The notes under the pieces are model-generated. The model worked only from the letters and a program-made list of their open reading frames with translations. It had not been told where the DNA came from and did not search any database. Of a stretch of DNA of 64,000 bases, positions 1-12,620 are shown one piece after another. Source of the DNA: Octopus sinensis. Its lineage: Eukaryota. A program made the position numbers and the translations under genes. The first letter of the stretch is position 1; each line of letters opens with the position of its first letter. The stretch is from positions 23,622,001 through 23,686,000 of the forward strand of contig NC_043010.1 in assembly GCF_006345805.1 (NCBI RefSeq), read 5' to 3'.

Positions 1-399
1 GCGATGGAGAACCGCTTATCGAAAACTTATTCAACTTAAGACCTATTGTCCTTGAGCGCTTAACTCCTATAAAACTGCACTAGAACCGCTGCTGCTTGGA
101 ATGTATCTCAGTTATTTTAAAAGTCACGGTCTCATTCCTCTCTAGGCCTGAACACAGCTGTTTCTTCCCAGAGCGATTATGTTTATAAAGAGAAGAATAA
201 TCGACTTAAGTATTGGACTGCTACTTTATTAATCGAAAGTGGAGCTAAAGTTGATTTCAGTAGGAAGGGGTCCTAGAATAGCGATGGTTATGGGAAGTTG
301 TTTACATCTTTAGCATGTAATAATTGCCGATATAGACACTCGTTGGTTGATTCTTCATTCACACTTTACGTTGTATGTTAAAAGACAGAGATAAATAAA

Positions 400-690
400 G
401 CGATAGAGAGAGAGAGAGAAAGAGAGAGTAAGAAAGAGCGATGAAGAGAGGGTTAGCATAAGAGAGGAGAGATGAGTGCATATACTAGGCTTGGTGCAGG
501 CAATGTGTAAAGGAACACTATACAGAGAGAAAAGCTCATAGATAGATGAGGAGGAGAGGGAGGAGAAGGAGGAGGGGGAGGAGAAGGAGGAGAGCAGTGG
601 TATTCGTGGTGGTGGTGGTAATGATGGTGTTTTGGTGGTGGTTTTGGTGGTGGTGGTGGTGGTGGTATCGGTGGTGGTGGTGGAGCTAGT
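400..690. repeat. (GA)n, (GGA)n and (GGT)n low-complexity tract
   Basis: Directly visible simple repeats; they explain the poly-Pro/His ORF 453-728. Confidence 0.9.
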
Positions 691-821
691 TGGCTACAGT
701 TGCAGAAGGGTCTGCATTTCTTTTCCACTCCTGCATTGGTCGCTAGACATTCACTAACTCTTATAAATAAGTGTGTATGTGTGTATATTTATATTAATTG
801 CTATGTGTATGCTTATAAGAT

Positions 822-1028
822 GGTGAGCTGGCAGAATCGGACACCGAACGAAATAATTAGCAGTACTTTGACCATCGCTACGTCCTGAGTTCAAATTTAG
901 CCGAGGTCGACTTTGCCTTTCATCATTTCAGTGTCAATAGATTAAGTACCAGTTGCGTACTGAGGTCGATCTAATCCACTTGCCCTCTGCCCAAACATTT
1001 CGGATCTTGTGCTTAAAGTAGAAAAAAA
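822..1028 (+). mobile_element. tRNA-derived SINE (octopus OR/OK-like), diverged
   Basis: Head GGTGAGCTGGCAGAATCGG, B-box-like GAGTTCAAAT, then GAGGTCGACTTTGCCTTTCAT...AAGTACCAGTT; homologous to 8216-8447. Confidence 0.8.
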
Positions 1029-1053
1029 TATGTAAGCATATATATATATATAA

Positions 1054-1108
<55 letters not shown>

Positions 1109-1162
1109 GTATGTATATATATATATATATATTTGTGTGTGTGTTGTGTGTGTGTGTGTGTA

Positions 1163-1312
1163 CAGGCTGGTCCAAAAGTTTGGACTCATAGGCAATTTAT
1201 TATATAAAACTTTAAGGTTTACAATAAGTGTTCAAACTGATTTCCACCTTCTTCCAAACACTTCCTTACTCGAGGGAGACATGATCTTTGCACATTTCTG
1301 ACCATAGAGTTA
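1163..1312 (-). mobile_element. Tc1-like DNA transposon 3' end (TIR plus transposase C-terminus)
   Basis: TA at 1161-1162 then CAGGCTGGTCCAAAAGTTTGGAC (Tc1-type TIR); minus strand reads ...PRVRKCLEEGGNQFEHLL*. Confidence 0.75.
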
Positions 1313-1334
1313 TTACCTCTTATGGTTTCAATTA

Positions 1335-1470
1335 TGCTTATTCTTTGTATGCCTAGAACTTATACTATCGGTCTCTCTTGCCGAACTCTAAGTTACGGGG
1401 ATGTAAACACACAAACATCAGTGATGTTGGGGAACAAACACAGACACACAAACATACACATATACGTATA
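1335..1470 (-). mobile_element. SINE fragment (family of 12133-12557)
   Basis: Reverse complement of the ...CCCCGTAACTTAG...GAGACCGATAG... segment of 12133-12557. Confidence 0.75.
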
Positions 1471-1498
1471 TACATACATACATACATACATACATACA

Positions 1499-1532
<34 letters not shown>

Positions 1533-1616
1533 GAAATGGCAAGACAACAAGAGAATGAAAGAAACGTCGATATTATGTAAATAGAGGACTTTATCTGTAA
1601 ATATAATATGTGACAC

Positions 1617-1798
1617 TTATTCGGTAGCCATGATAAAACTCCGAGTTTCGGATGTCGGAGCGGAAACCCACGCCGGCATCTCTTCAGTTATCGGGCATTT
1701 CATAGCTTTTTTCCGATGGTCCGATAACTGAAGAGATGCCGGCGTGGGTTTCCGCTCCGACATCCGAAACTCGGAGTTTTATCATGGCTACCGAATAA
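1617..1798. repeat. Perfect 78-bp inverted repeat with 26-bp spacer
   Basis: 1617-1694 is the exact reverse complement of 1721-1798. Confidence 0.95.
1723..1783 (+). ncRNA. Type I hammerhead ribozyme motif (mirror copy on minus strand at 1632-1692)
   Basis: GATAA-CTGAAGA-[GATGCCGG...CCGACATC]-C-GAAAC-T-CGG-A-GTT-TTATC: 5-bp stem I, long stem II, one extra C before G12, GUU site. Confidence 0.65.
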
Positions 1799-1844
1799 TT
1801 GCTACATATATTTACACACACACACACATACACACACACACACA

Positions 1845-1891
<47 letters not shown>

Positions 1892-2981
1892 ATATATATA
1901 TCGTACGTAGTTCCAAATAGGCTTCATAATTTCTTGCATGCACCAAAAGGGAAAAAAAGTTGTAGTGATTAATGGAAATGTGAATCATCAGCTTCAAACG
2001 AATACATTCACACAGATTTATATTATATATATATATATGTGTGTGTGTGTGTATACACATACATACTCTACTCCATGTATAGTGTATTTTCGTCAGTCGA
2101 TATAACTAAACATGTACAATCACCCCGCAAACATACACAATCACACACACACATACGTACACTATACACACATACACTATACACACACACACACGCGCGC
2201 ACACACACACACAGAGGTTCATATCTTTCAAAATAACCCATTTTTTCCTTACAACATTTTCTATCACCTGGCAAAATTTCTAACATTACCTATTTTAAAT
2301 ATCTCCCTGACAACGTTTCTTTTCACGAATTACGATTTATTTACTTTTATTTTATTTTATCCTTCTTGTTTTGTTGTGTTGTTTTTGTCGCTGTTGCCGC
2401 TGCTGCTGCTGCTGCTACCACCGCCTTTGCTGTTGCCGCTGCTGCTACCGCCGCCACCGTTGTTGCTGCTGTTGTTGTTTCATTTTCTTCTCCATTATAA
2501 TTTCGTAATGTACTTGTTATTTCAAGCTAAGTAAACAGATTTATGGAAATCCTTAAACTTCCCCTAAGCCTCAACTCCCCTCCCTCTCTCTCCCTCCCCG
2601 TCTTTCTCTCTTTCTCTCACTTAATCTTCTTGTTTCGATCTCTTCGTGTTTACCCTTTTCTATCACCCTCTTTTTCTCTCTTTTACTCCCACTCTCGTTT
2701 TTTTATCTCTTTCATTCGCAGTCTTGTTGCTTCTCTTTTTATCTTCTCTCACTCTTTCCACTTCACTCCCTCCCTCTCCCTTTCTCTCTCCCTCTCTCTC
2801 TGTTTATCTCTTTTTACCCATCAACTCTTTCTTTTCACACTATGCATCAGAATCAAAAAAATAATAAAATAAAATATAACACCAGAACTCTTGATGATTC
2901 GAAGAGATTAAATTAGAAATAATTTTATTATTTTAATCAATCTATACTTTTAGTTTTTGCTTTATTTGTGAAATATTGCAC

Positions 2982-3430
<449 letters not shown>

Positions 3431-3984
3431 CGATGTTGGTGTCATTGTTGCTACAATTGTTATTATTGACGTTGTTTATTCATTATTAATATTCATTACT
3501 AATATTTTGTTATTGCTCTTGTTGCTGTTTTAGTTGTTACCATCATTATTATTAGGTATTGCTGTGGCAAGACGACTTGTTTTGCTTCGCTTTCATTATT
3601 TTGGATTTTTATCAAGTGAAACTACTTTGAATCCTTGTTAGAAGTATCTTCTACAAAAAGAATGTTCTGTGGATCTTCTCCCCAGCCGGTGAGAGACTTT
3701 AATTTGTGAAATCGAAAATTTTCTTTGCACTCGTAAATTAACAGCCAGAAGCGCACAAGTTTATGAACGGAGGCATAAACGCTTTTACCAACATGAAACG
3801 ATAAATTATGGAGATTTAATTTTTCGACAGAGACACGTATTTCATAATTTGTAAAACATATCGATTTTCTAACAGAAAATAACATTGTTATGAACAATGT
3901 AAATGACACGAATCACGCTGACAACAACAAACACACATTTTACCACATTAAAAGAATGAGTAACAAAATATTAAAATAAAAACA

Positions 3985-4040
3985 AGTGCCCCAGCATGGC
4001 CACAGCTCGTGAGCTGAAACTAGATGAAATAAAATTTTAA
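3985..4040 (+). mobile_element. Very short 3' tail of CR1-group LINE or its SINE
   Basis: GTGCCCCAGCATGGCCACAGCTCGTGAGCTGAAACTAGATGAAATAAAA matches the 3' end of the LINE at 51525-52265 and the copy at 62431-62480. Confidence 0.7.
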
Positions 4041-4521
4041 AAAACCTATCTAATGTAAACAGAGACCTCAAAAATAGTGAATAAGCGAATAAAGTCTGCT
4101 TGGTATTGCTATTTTACAAGGACAGGTGCATCTCTACTCTAGTCATTTATGAAACCACGAAAAAGAAAAGAATAACGTCAATTAGTAACTCGAAAGTAAC
4201 ATTGGCCTTCCTCGTGCTTCTGAATAGCCATTTGGTCGAGGTGTAAAAGCCATCTGTCCCACCAGAAATGATAAATGGATGTCTGTTGCAGGAGGCATAT
4301 ATTCATCCTACGACCCGTATTGGTTAGCTAGGAAGAGATCTTACCCTTCATGGTCAAAGCGTGATCACAATATTTCCACGATTAACACTGGTCCTTATGA
4401 TGGGGACATTTCTTCTTTACTGACTACTTTTGTTGCTTTCTTTCATTTTTTGTTTCCATGTAAAATCTTTACTATTCTGTGTTTTGACCTTGCATTTCGA
4501 CCTTTCAGGCATTTAAATAAA

Positions 4522-4578
4522 TTCTCTTCTTCTTCTTCTTCTTCTTCTTCTTCTTCTTCTTCTTCTTCTTCTTCTTCC

Positions 4579-4610
<32 letters not shown>

Positions 4611-4669
4611 CTTCTTCTTCTTCTTCTTCTTCCTTTTCTTCTTCTTCTTCTTCTCACATTCTCCTCTTC

Positions 4670-4715
<46 letters not shown>

Positions 4716-4722
4716 CACGACA
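4522..4722. repeat. Compound (TTC)n-(ACT)n-(ACC)n microsatellite
   Basis: Directly visible. Confidence 0.95.
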
Positions 4723-4943
4723 ACCGTCACCACCACAACCACATCAGTAGATCGTAGGAATAGTAGCCGAGGAAGAACTCAAACATACACAGTCGACGAA
4801 ATGTATTCACGCGTACACATGTACAGGTGCATAAGTATAGCAAGGTATTACTGAACCTATACTCAAGTAAACATACATTCATACAATTACAATACAATAC
4901 AATATACATACACACATATGTCTATATATATATTTATAATATA

Positions 4944-5832
4944 TATATATGAAATTTAGAGGACTGACCACAAAAATGGACAACCTATATGCTAGATATA
5001 GACGTGAAATTCGCCATTTTCTACGAGGAATGTGTTCTTAAGGAAAAAAAATTCAGCAAAAAAAGAAACAAAGTGTAAAAATAAGCAAGACAAATGAAAA
5101 TATACGAAATAAAAAAACCATTACCTATGTACTAGTCCGGAAAATAGCGATTTTGACGTCTATATCTAGCATATCGGCTGTCCCTTTTTTTAGTGTTCAG
5201 TCCTCTAAATTTTGCATGAAAAAAATTTTAATCTTCGGATTTTTTAAAATATGCTAGGCCACTGGTTTTAATTCATTAATATCAATTTCTGCCCTTATTT
5301 AATTTTAAATTTAAAAAAATGTTCTCTAGCCGGTAAATTGACTGCTCTAGTTTATTAACTGCAAAGTAATTTCCGATTTCAGTGCGCCAAGGTGAAGGCA
5401 TTTGAAAGATACACATAAATATAATTTGCTGAACTTTATACATGCTGGATTTCGGTCGAGCGTTCTGTGTCTAGTTCTGGAAATAATGTTTTATAAACGA
5501 CAGACAATGCTGATGATCTTGCAGATGTTTGCGTATCCATATACGTAAATATTAACAAATGAAACTAATTAGTACATAATTAATCGTTTTTTATTTCGTA
5601 TATTTTCATTTGTCTTGCTTATTTTTACACTTTGTTTTTTTGCTGAATTTTTTTCTTGAGGACACATTCTTCGTGGAAAATGGTGATTTTGACGTCTATA
5701 TCTAGCATATAGGCTGTCCATGTTTAGTGGTCAGTCCTCTAAATTTTGTATGAAAACATATTTAATCTTCGAATTTTTTAAAATATGCTAGGCCACTGGT
5801 TTTAATTGATTAATATCAATTTCTACCCTTAC
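4944..5832 (+). mobile_element. Cluster of PLE-type terminal repeats (one inverted, two direct)
   Basis: 4944-5118 is inverted relative to 5583-5745; 5135-5300 is a direct partial copy of 5680-5832; HHR motif at 5507-5577; ends in (TA)n. Confidence 0.6.
5507..5577 (+). ncRNA. Hammerhead ribozyme motif, partly degenerate
   Basis: ATG-CTGATGA...[ATGTTTGCGTAT-CCAT-ATACGTAAATAT]...GAAAC-TAATTA-GTA-CAT; palindromic stem III ACTAATTAGT; base of stem II mismatched and stem I only 3 bp. Confidence 0.5.
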
Positions 5833-6121
5833 TATTTAATATTAAAATATATATTATATATATATAATATATATATATATATATACACCTATATATATAT
5901 ATATATATATAAATATATATGATATATGATATATATATTAATATATATATTAATAATTGTATGCATATATATATACACACACAGAAAAACACACATACAT
6001 AAAATGCGTGTCTTTTGTGCATGAGCTGATCATCCACAAAGACATTCACACATTAATTCAAAAAAAACCATCAATATGCATATGCAACAATGTATATATA
6101 TATATTATATATATATATATT

Positions 6122-6153
<32 letters not shown>

Positions 6154-6798
6154 ATATATATTTATATACATATGTATATTTGTGTATGTTTATTCATGTA
6201 CCATATACACGTACATATCGTGTTCAAACATCAGTCTGCACACGTTTACATACTGAGATATGTCGTTACGTATCCATGAATGGTAATCGAAATGAATTAA
6301 TATTATATTAGGTGATAAGGTAAGGCAATGTATTGAAGTGATAATCGATACGAGAACGTAAATAGCTGTCTGAGACAACTTCGATATCATGGCGAAATGT
6401 CGTATCACGGAAGTGAGTCGTGAAAGAATAGTGTCGAAGACTATAAAAAGGAGGGAGAGGGAGTGAAAATTAGAGGGGTGGGAAGAAATATAAGATATGA
6501 GTGTGTACGTGTGTGTGTGTGTGTGTGTGGTGTAAACATATGTTTATGTTAGAGAAGTGCACGAGTGTAGCACTCGTATGTATGTATGTACGTATGTATG
6601 TATGTGTGTATCTTTATGTATATTTATGTGTGCTTAGTGTGTGTATGTGTGAGCGTGCATACAAAAGAGAGAGAGAGAGAGAAAGAGAGATAATGCGAAA
6701 TATGATAGATACAGGCATAATGGAAGACTAACAAATATGTGTGTGTGTTGTAGAAATAAATATATGCATACAGTTGGATAGATAAAAGATAGACACGA

Positions 6799-6833
<35 letters not shown>

Positions 6834-6908
6834 ATATGCATATAATTATATGTATATATATATATATTATATATATATATATTATATATATTATATATAT
6901 ATATATAT

Positions 6909-6939
<31 letters not shown>

Positions 6940-7059
6940 CATATATAAATATGTATGTATGCATGTATCATGTATTGTATGTTTGTGGATAAATAGATAG
7001 ATAGATAGACACGTAGATTTTCGCGCTCATGAAATCACACGTAGATTGAAATACGCATA

Positions 7060-7870
7060 TGAACAGGAAATGAGCAAGACTGGCTCAGAGAGAGAAAGAG
7101 AGAGAGAGAGCGAAGAAAGAGAGAGAAGAAAGAGAAAAGTCAGAAAAGGAAGTCAGAGAGAAGCAGAGCATGATAGAGAGAGGAGGCAGAACGTGAGAGA
7201 ATGTGCGGGAGAGAGTGCTGACTGTGGAGAACGGAGAGTACGAGAGAAGAGAGCCGTTAGAAATAGAAATGTGGAATTATAGGAGATGAGTAGGGTTTTG
7301 ATAAATTAAAGAGAGAAAGAAAAGGAGGGGGACAGAGGTGGGGTGGGGGTAGAGTTTAGGGACAAAGTGAAGGGCGAGTAGAAAATATGGTAGAGAAGAG
7401 GAAGTGCAAATAAAGGGTGATAGGTAAAGAAAACCGAGGGATAAAATAATGTCGTTGGGAGATAAGATGAGGACGAGTGGGAGTGGGAGTTAAGGAGATC
7501 GAGAAAGAGAGAAAGAGAGTGCGAAGAGAGAGAGAGAGGGAGAGAGAGAGAAAGAGAGAGAAAAGGGGAAGCAGAGAGAAAAAGAAAAGACGAACAAATG
7601 AAAGAGAGAGGAAGCAAAGAGAGCATGCGAGAGAGAAGAGATAACGAGCGAGCGAGAGGGGGAGAGAGAGAGGGAGAGGAAGAGATACAGAGGGAGAAAC
7701 GGGGAAAAGGAGAGGGAGAGTTAAAGAGAGAGGGAATATACAGATGGAAAGAGAGAGAGAGAGAGAGGAAGCAAAAAGATATAGAGAGAGGGAAGGGAGA
7801 GATTGTGAGAGAGGGAAAAAGGTTTTGGAAAAGACAAACAGAAGATTGATGGAATGAGATAGATGTAAAG
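7060..7870. repeat. Purine-rich (GA/GAA/GGA) low-complexity tract
   Basis: Directly visible. Confidence 0.9.
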
Positions 7871-8094
7871 ATGAAGAAGAGAAAAAGTGATAGGAATAAG
7901 AAGAAATGATGCGTTTAGACGATAAGTTATGGTTGAGAGGAGAAGATTGAAATGAAAAAAATGAAAATATTTTGGTGAGAGAAAATTTTAAGTTTTTTTC
8001 AAAGAAAGACGAAATGATAGAGGTGGGACGTGGAAATGATAAGGGTTGCAGGGAATATAGAAGGATACAAGGATAGTCACGATATCACGTGATC

Positions 8095-8612
8095 GAGCAG
8101 ATTATCGGATGGTGTTATACATCGCTGGTCACGACGTGATTTGCATTGTTTTAGCATTCGAATGATGCCACCCTGTGGGCTAGGAGAGCAGGCCAACATT
8201 CTCCACTGATCAGAAGGCGAGCTGGCAGAAACGTTAGCACGCCGGGCGAAATGCTAAGCGGTATTTCGTCTGCCGTTACATTCTGAGTTCAAATTCCGCC
8301 GAGATCGACTTTGCCTTTCATCCTTTCGGGGTCGATAAATTAAGTACCATTTACGCACTGGGGTTGATGTAATCGACTTAATCCGTTTGTCTGTCCTTGT
8401 TTGTCCCCTCTATGTTTAGCCTCTTGTGGGCAATAAAGAAATAAGAAGGCTATTGTTTCGCTGTTACTCTTTTTTTCCAGCTGAGTGGACTGGAGTAATG
8501 TGAAATGAAATGTCTTGCTTCAGAACACGACGCAAAGCCCGCTCCAGGAATCGAACTCCTGATCAAGCGATCATCAGTGCACCAGCCTAACTACAAAGGT
8601 CACGCATCTTCA
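8095..8612 (-). mobile_element. tRNA-derived SINE interrupted by a second SINE
   Basis: Minus strand has a tRNA-like head (...GGAGTTCGATTCCTGG) then GTGTTCTGAAGCAAGACATTTCATTTCACATTACTCCAGTCCACTCAGCTGG; split by 8216-8447. Left boundary approximate. Confidence 0.55.
8216..8447 (+). mobile_element. tRNA-derived SINE, near full length (octopus OR/OK-like)
   Basis: GGCGAGCTGGCAGAAACGTTAGC...GAGTTCAAATTCCGCC...AATAAAGAAATAAGAA. Confidence 0.85.
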
Positions 8613-8985
8613 CATAGGGACAATAGAAATAGAAGATGAGTATGGAAGAAAGAGGTAAAGTTATGAAGGAGGAGACGTGGAAAGACGAAGGTGACAGCAA
8701 ATATGGTGGAGAAAAGCGGAAATGCTAACAGAAAGAAAGGGAAATAGAATGGGCGAAAGAAAAATAATGGAGGAAGAAGAAATATAAGGAGGAGATGATG
8801 AAACCATGATGAGGGGAGGAGTTACGAGGGAAAAAAAGTTTAAAACTTGCAAAGTCAGAGACAGTAGACGAACAGAGAATGAATGAAATCATGACAGACA
8901 TGTTTGTGTATGCATGTGTGTGCGTATATGTATGAGTGTGTATATATATATATATATTATATATATATATGTATTTATTTGTACG

Positions 8986-9023
<38 letters not shown>

Positions 9024-9756
9024 ATATAATATATATATATTTCTTTATTACCCACAAGGAGCTATATTCATATTTAAGTGACATGTGTATGTATTGGTGT
9101 GTGTGTCTGTATGTGTGTGTGTGTGTGTGTGTAAATGCTTATATGATTTCTACATACTGACATTACCTATCCAAAACGTTTACTGCTAAGCCACACACTG
9201 TTGATATACTTTAAATATTACATACATAATCATCTCTCTCTTGACGCTGAAACCTTTTACAGGTAAGATATAATATTTACGCTGCACAACACTGACCTAA
9301 ATACATATTTTAACTGTTCACCGCATATACCGACATACGCATACTCGCAAACGTCAAAGCACACATACATAATGCGTTCTGCGCACAATCTGATGACATA
9401 CATTCTCGCCATCTTTCTCTCTCCATCTTTCTCTTTCTCCCTCTCCCTCCCTATCTCTCACTCATATACGCATACAGATGTTCTCATATGTGTTTGTATG
9501 CACGTATGGATATATATACATACGCGCGCACATACATACAAGTAGAATTATATTTATGTGACAATATCTACGTGCAAGTACTTATTGATTAAAATAGCAC
9601 AGGTAACTGTTCAAATATATACTAACGAAAATTTACTTGGCTATCTCTCTCGTCACACTTTCGTACTCTCTCTTATCTTACACTCTCTTTTCCTGTATAT
9701 CCTTCTCCCTCTCCCTCTTACTTTTACATGTCTTGTATGTATCTATGTATCTATCT

Positions 9757-9779
9757 GTGTATGCATGAATGTATGTATG

Positions 9780-9824
<45 letters not shown>

Positions 9825-10080
9825 GATATATACATATCTATACATATGATAATACATATATATCTACCTACTTGTTACCTGTCTTATGTTTATATATATA
9901 TATAAACATAAGACAGGTAACAGGTAGTTAGAGAGATTGAGATAGATAGATATATCTATCTATCTCAATCTCTCAACTACCTGTTACCTGTCTTATGTTT
10001 TTATATATATATATAAACATAAGACAGGTAACAGTAGGTAGATATATATGTATATATCAATATGTATAGATATGTATAAT

Positions 10081-10134
<54 letters not shown>

Positions 10135-10160
10135 TATACATACATACATTCATGCATACA
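9757..10160. repeat. Spacerless nested palindrome centred at 9952/9953
   Basis: Arms are reverse-complementary apart from small indels; each arm contains its own palindrome (CTGTCTTATGTTT-(AT)n-AAACATAAGACAG). Confidence 0.85.
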
Positions 10161-10275
10161 AACACATATATACACATAAGTACATAAATGCATACATACA
10201 TGCATACATACAAGCACACACACACACAAATATATAAACAAATTCATACATAGATACACACAGACACTCACACAG

Positions 10276-10343
<68 letters not shown>

Positions 10344-11199
10344 CACATAAATATATATATATATATATATACATATAAATATATATACATACATATATAT
10401 ATATACATATAAATAAAATATATATAAAATATACATATATATAATATATATCTATGTATATATATATATAAAAATATTTATATATGTATGCTTATATAAT
10501 ATATATACAATATAATTATATAATATATATGCATTTATATGATATATATACATATATAAATACATGTATATATATTATATATATTATAATATATATAATA
10601 TAATATATACATATGCACACACACGTCTTTGTGAGTAAATATTTCTGCTAGTATGAATGTTCGACCTCCTGTTGCTGTCTGCTTTTATATCTTCGTTTAC
10701 TCTTTCTCTCCATCACTCTATCAGTTCATATTATCACACATACTTTACAAGCGAAGACGTATATATGGAGAGAGAGAGGGACAGAAGGGTATGACCGTAT
10801 AATATATATATATACATAAGTGGGTGTATATAATATATATATATATGTGTACTTATATGTGAGTGCATTTATATATAGTGAGAGAGAGAGAGAGAGAGAG
10901 AAAGGTCGATAGATAGGTAGATAGGTAGATATATATATATATATACACATGGCGGCGAGCTGGCAGATATGAAGGGATATAACAAATATCCTGGAAACAG
11001 CTGTAAGACCTATCTATAAATGTTCTAAAATCTACACAACTTTGGTTCTTTACCTTATTACGAAAAAATTTGTTTATATACACACGCTGACATATGACCA
11101 ACGTTGAACCCCTTATTCGCATAATCACTGAACCTGGAACTTAACTCTCAATGACACCATTACCTCTCATAACCTCCTATATATATATATATGATTCAA

Positions 11200-11398
11200 A
11201 ATGTGACCGCGTATGTACCGTTGGCGATTTTTTTCCCTCTGTCTTCCCTTCTCTGGATTTTTCTCCTATGTTTCCGACAAAGAGCTCTGCTCGAAACGTT
11301 AAACCCTCCTTCTTTCCTTCTTTCCTGAGTGTCCAATAATACTATATTTGTTCCACGTCCTCGCGTTGTTGTGTTTTTTTGTGCTTTCATGTTTGGAT

Positions 11399-11403
<5 letters not shown>
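11200..11403 (+). mobile_element. PLE terminal repeat (family also at 33362, 41097, 52305) with degenerate HHR at 11270-11304
   Basis: GTTT-CCGACAA-A-GAGC-TCT-GCTC-GAAAC-GTT-AAAC; ends GGATTAAC(TA)n. Confidence 0.7.
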
Positions 11404-11433
<30 letters not shown>

Positions 11434-11435
11434 TT

Positions 11436-11950
11436 TCATAGCGAGAGTGCTGGTCACCATACGTTTCCAATTCTTTCTTAATTGTGACCTTCTTTCCATT
11501 TTGCCCCTAGTCTTCTTACCCAAATGATCCCTCTTTCGTCACGAAGGTCTTTTGAGTGGCCTTTTCCGATTTATTATTCACCTCTTAACAACTGCGCAGG
11601 TTACATCTGTTCTCTGTGAATCTTGCGATGTGTTATGCTCAGCAGAACTTGCGCTTTCTGTATTCTACGTTCTCGTCGTTCACATTGCTCTGATCTCGAA
11701 TTGCTTCTTTTGGGGTATATTCCTGAAATGACATAGCTGACATCGATCGTTTTATGGCCCTTTGCGCTTTTGTCAATCGATATCCTTCCCTCCTCGTAGA
11801 AACTCATGTCTGACTTGCTTATAGAATTGTAGCTATGGTGGTGACATTGAAGAGACTGGCACGTGTTGTCTTGTCCGACTGTGCCTTCAGCATATCTTTT
11901 AAAATAATAAACATCTTCCATCATGCCTTTATTTTCCTCGAGAAATCAGC
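11436..11950 (-). mobile_element. RTE-clade LINE 3' fragment, pseudogenised
   Basis: Minus strand: LKAQSDKTTRASLFN...IL*ASQT*...AQRAIKRSM...EYRKRKFC*A*HIARFTENR...RKRPLKRP...WKRMV, typical RTE C-terminal motifs; (TA)n tail. Confidence 0.75.
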
Positions 11951-12132
11951 GTCAATGCCTTCGCGTGTAAGTACTGTGTACCCTAAGTAGACATACTTTT
12001 TATTAGTTCCTAACTATTTATATATGACTAAGGCGAAGAAGCCGAAACTTCAAAGTTGCTGCCAAATATATCTACGAGTTAGTACTTACTCTCGTAAGTA
12101 GTATTGGGTTTAATGTTAAATTGTTTGCATAT

Positions 12133-12557
12133 AGGCGTAGGAGTGGCTGTGTGGTAAGTAAATTGCTTACGAACCACATGGTTCCAGGTTCAGTCACACT
12201 GCTTAGCACCTTGGAGAAGTGTCTTCTACTATAGCCTCGGACTGACCAAAGCCTTGTGAGTGGATTTGGTGGACGGATACTGAAAGAAGCCCGTCGTATA
12301 TATGCATATATATATATATGTATGTATGTGTGTGTGTGTATATGTTTGTGTGTCTGTGTTTGTCCCTCCAACATCGCTTGTCAACCGATGCTGGTGCGTT
12401 TACGTCCCCGTAACTTAGCAGTTCGGAAAAAGAGACCGATAGAATAAGTACTAGGCTTACAAAGAATACGTCCTGGGGTCGATTTGCTCGACTAAAAGCG
12501 GTGGTCCAGTATGGCCATAGTCAAATGGCTGAAACAAGTAAAAGAGTAAAAGAGTAT
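12133..12557 (+). mobile_element. tRNA-derived SINE, full length, with internal (TA/TG)n
   Basis: GGCGTAGGAGTGGCTGTGTGGTAAG head, GGTTCAGTCAC B-box-like, 3' GCGGTGGTCCAGTATGGCC...GAAACAAGTAAAAGAGTAAAAGAG. Confidence 0.85.
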
Positions 12558-12582
12558 ATAACTTGACATAAAGACAAACTCT

Positions 12583-12620
<38 letters not shown>

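Noticed and set aside
181-276. Ankyrin-like LLIESGAKVD peptide
   Set aside because: Single short motif bounded by stops, with no TPLH motif or convincing splice sites.
3622-3909. 95-aa minus-strand ORF
   Set aside because: No recognisable homology or clear exon boundaries.
8216-8300. tRNA genes at SINE heads (also 822, 12133, 16198, 18968)
   Set aside because: A/B-box-like motifs are present but no complete cloverleaf; each continues into a SINE body.
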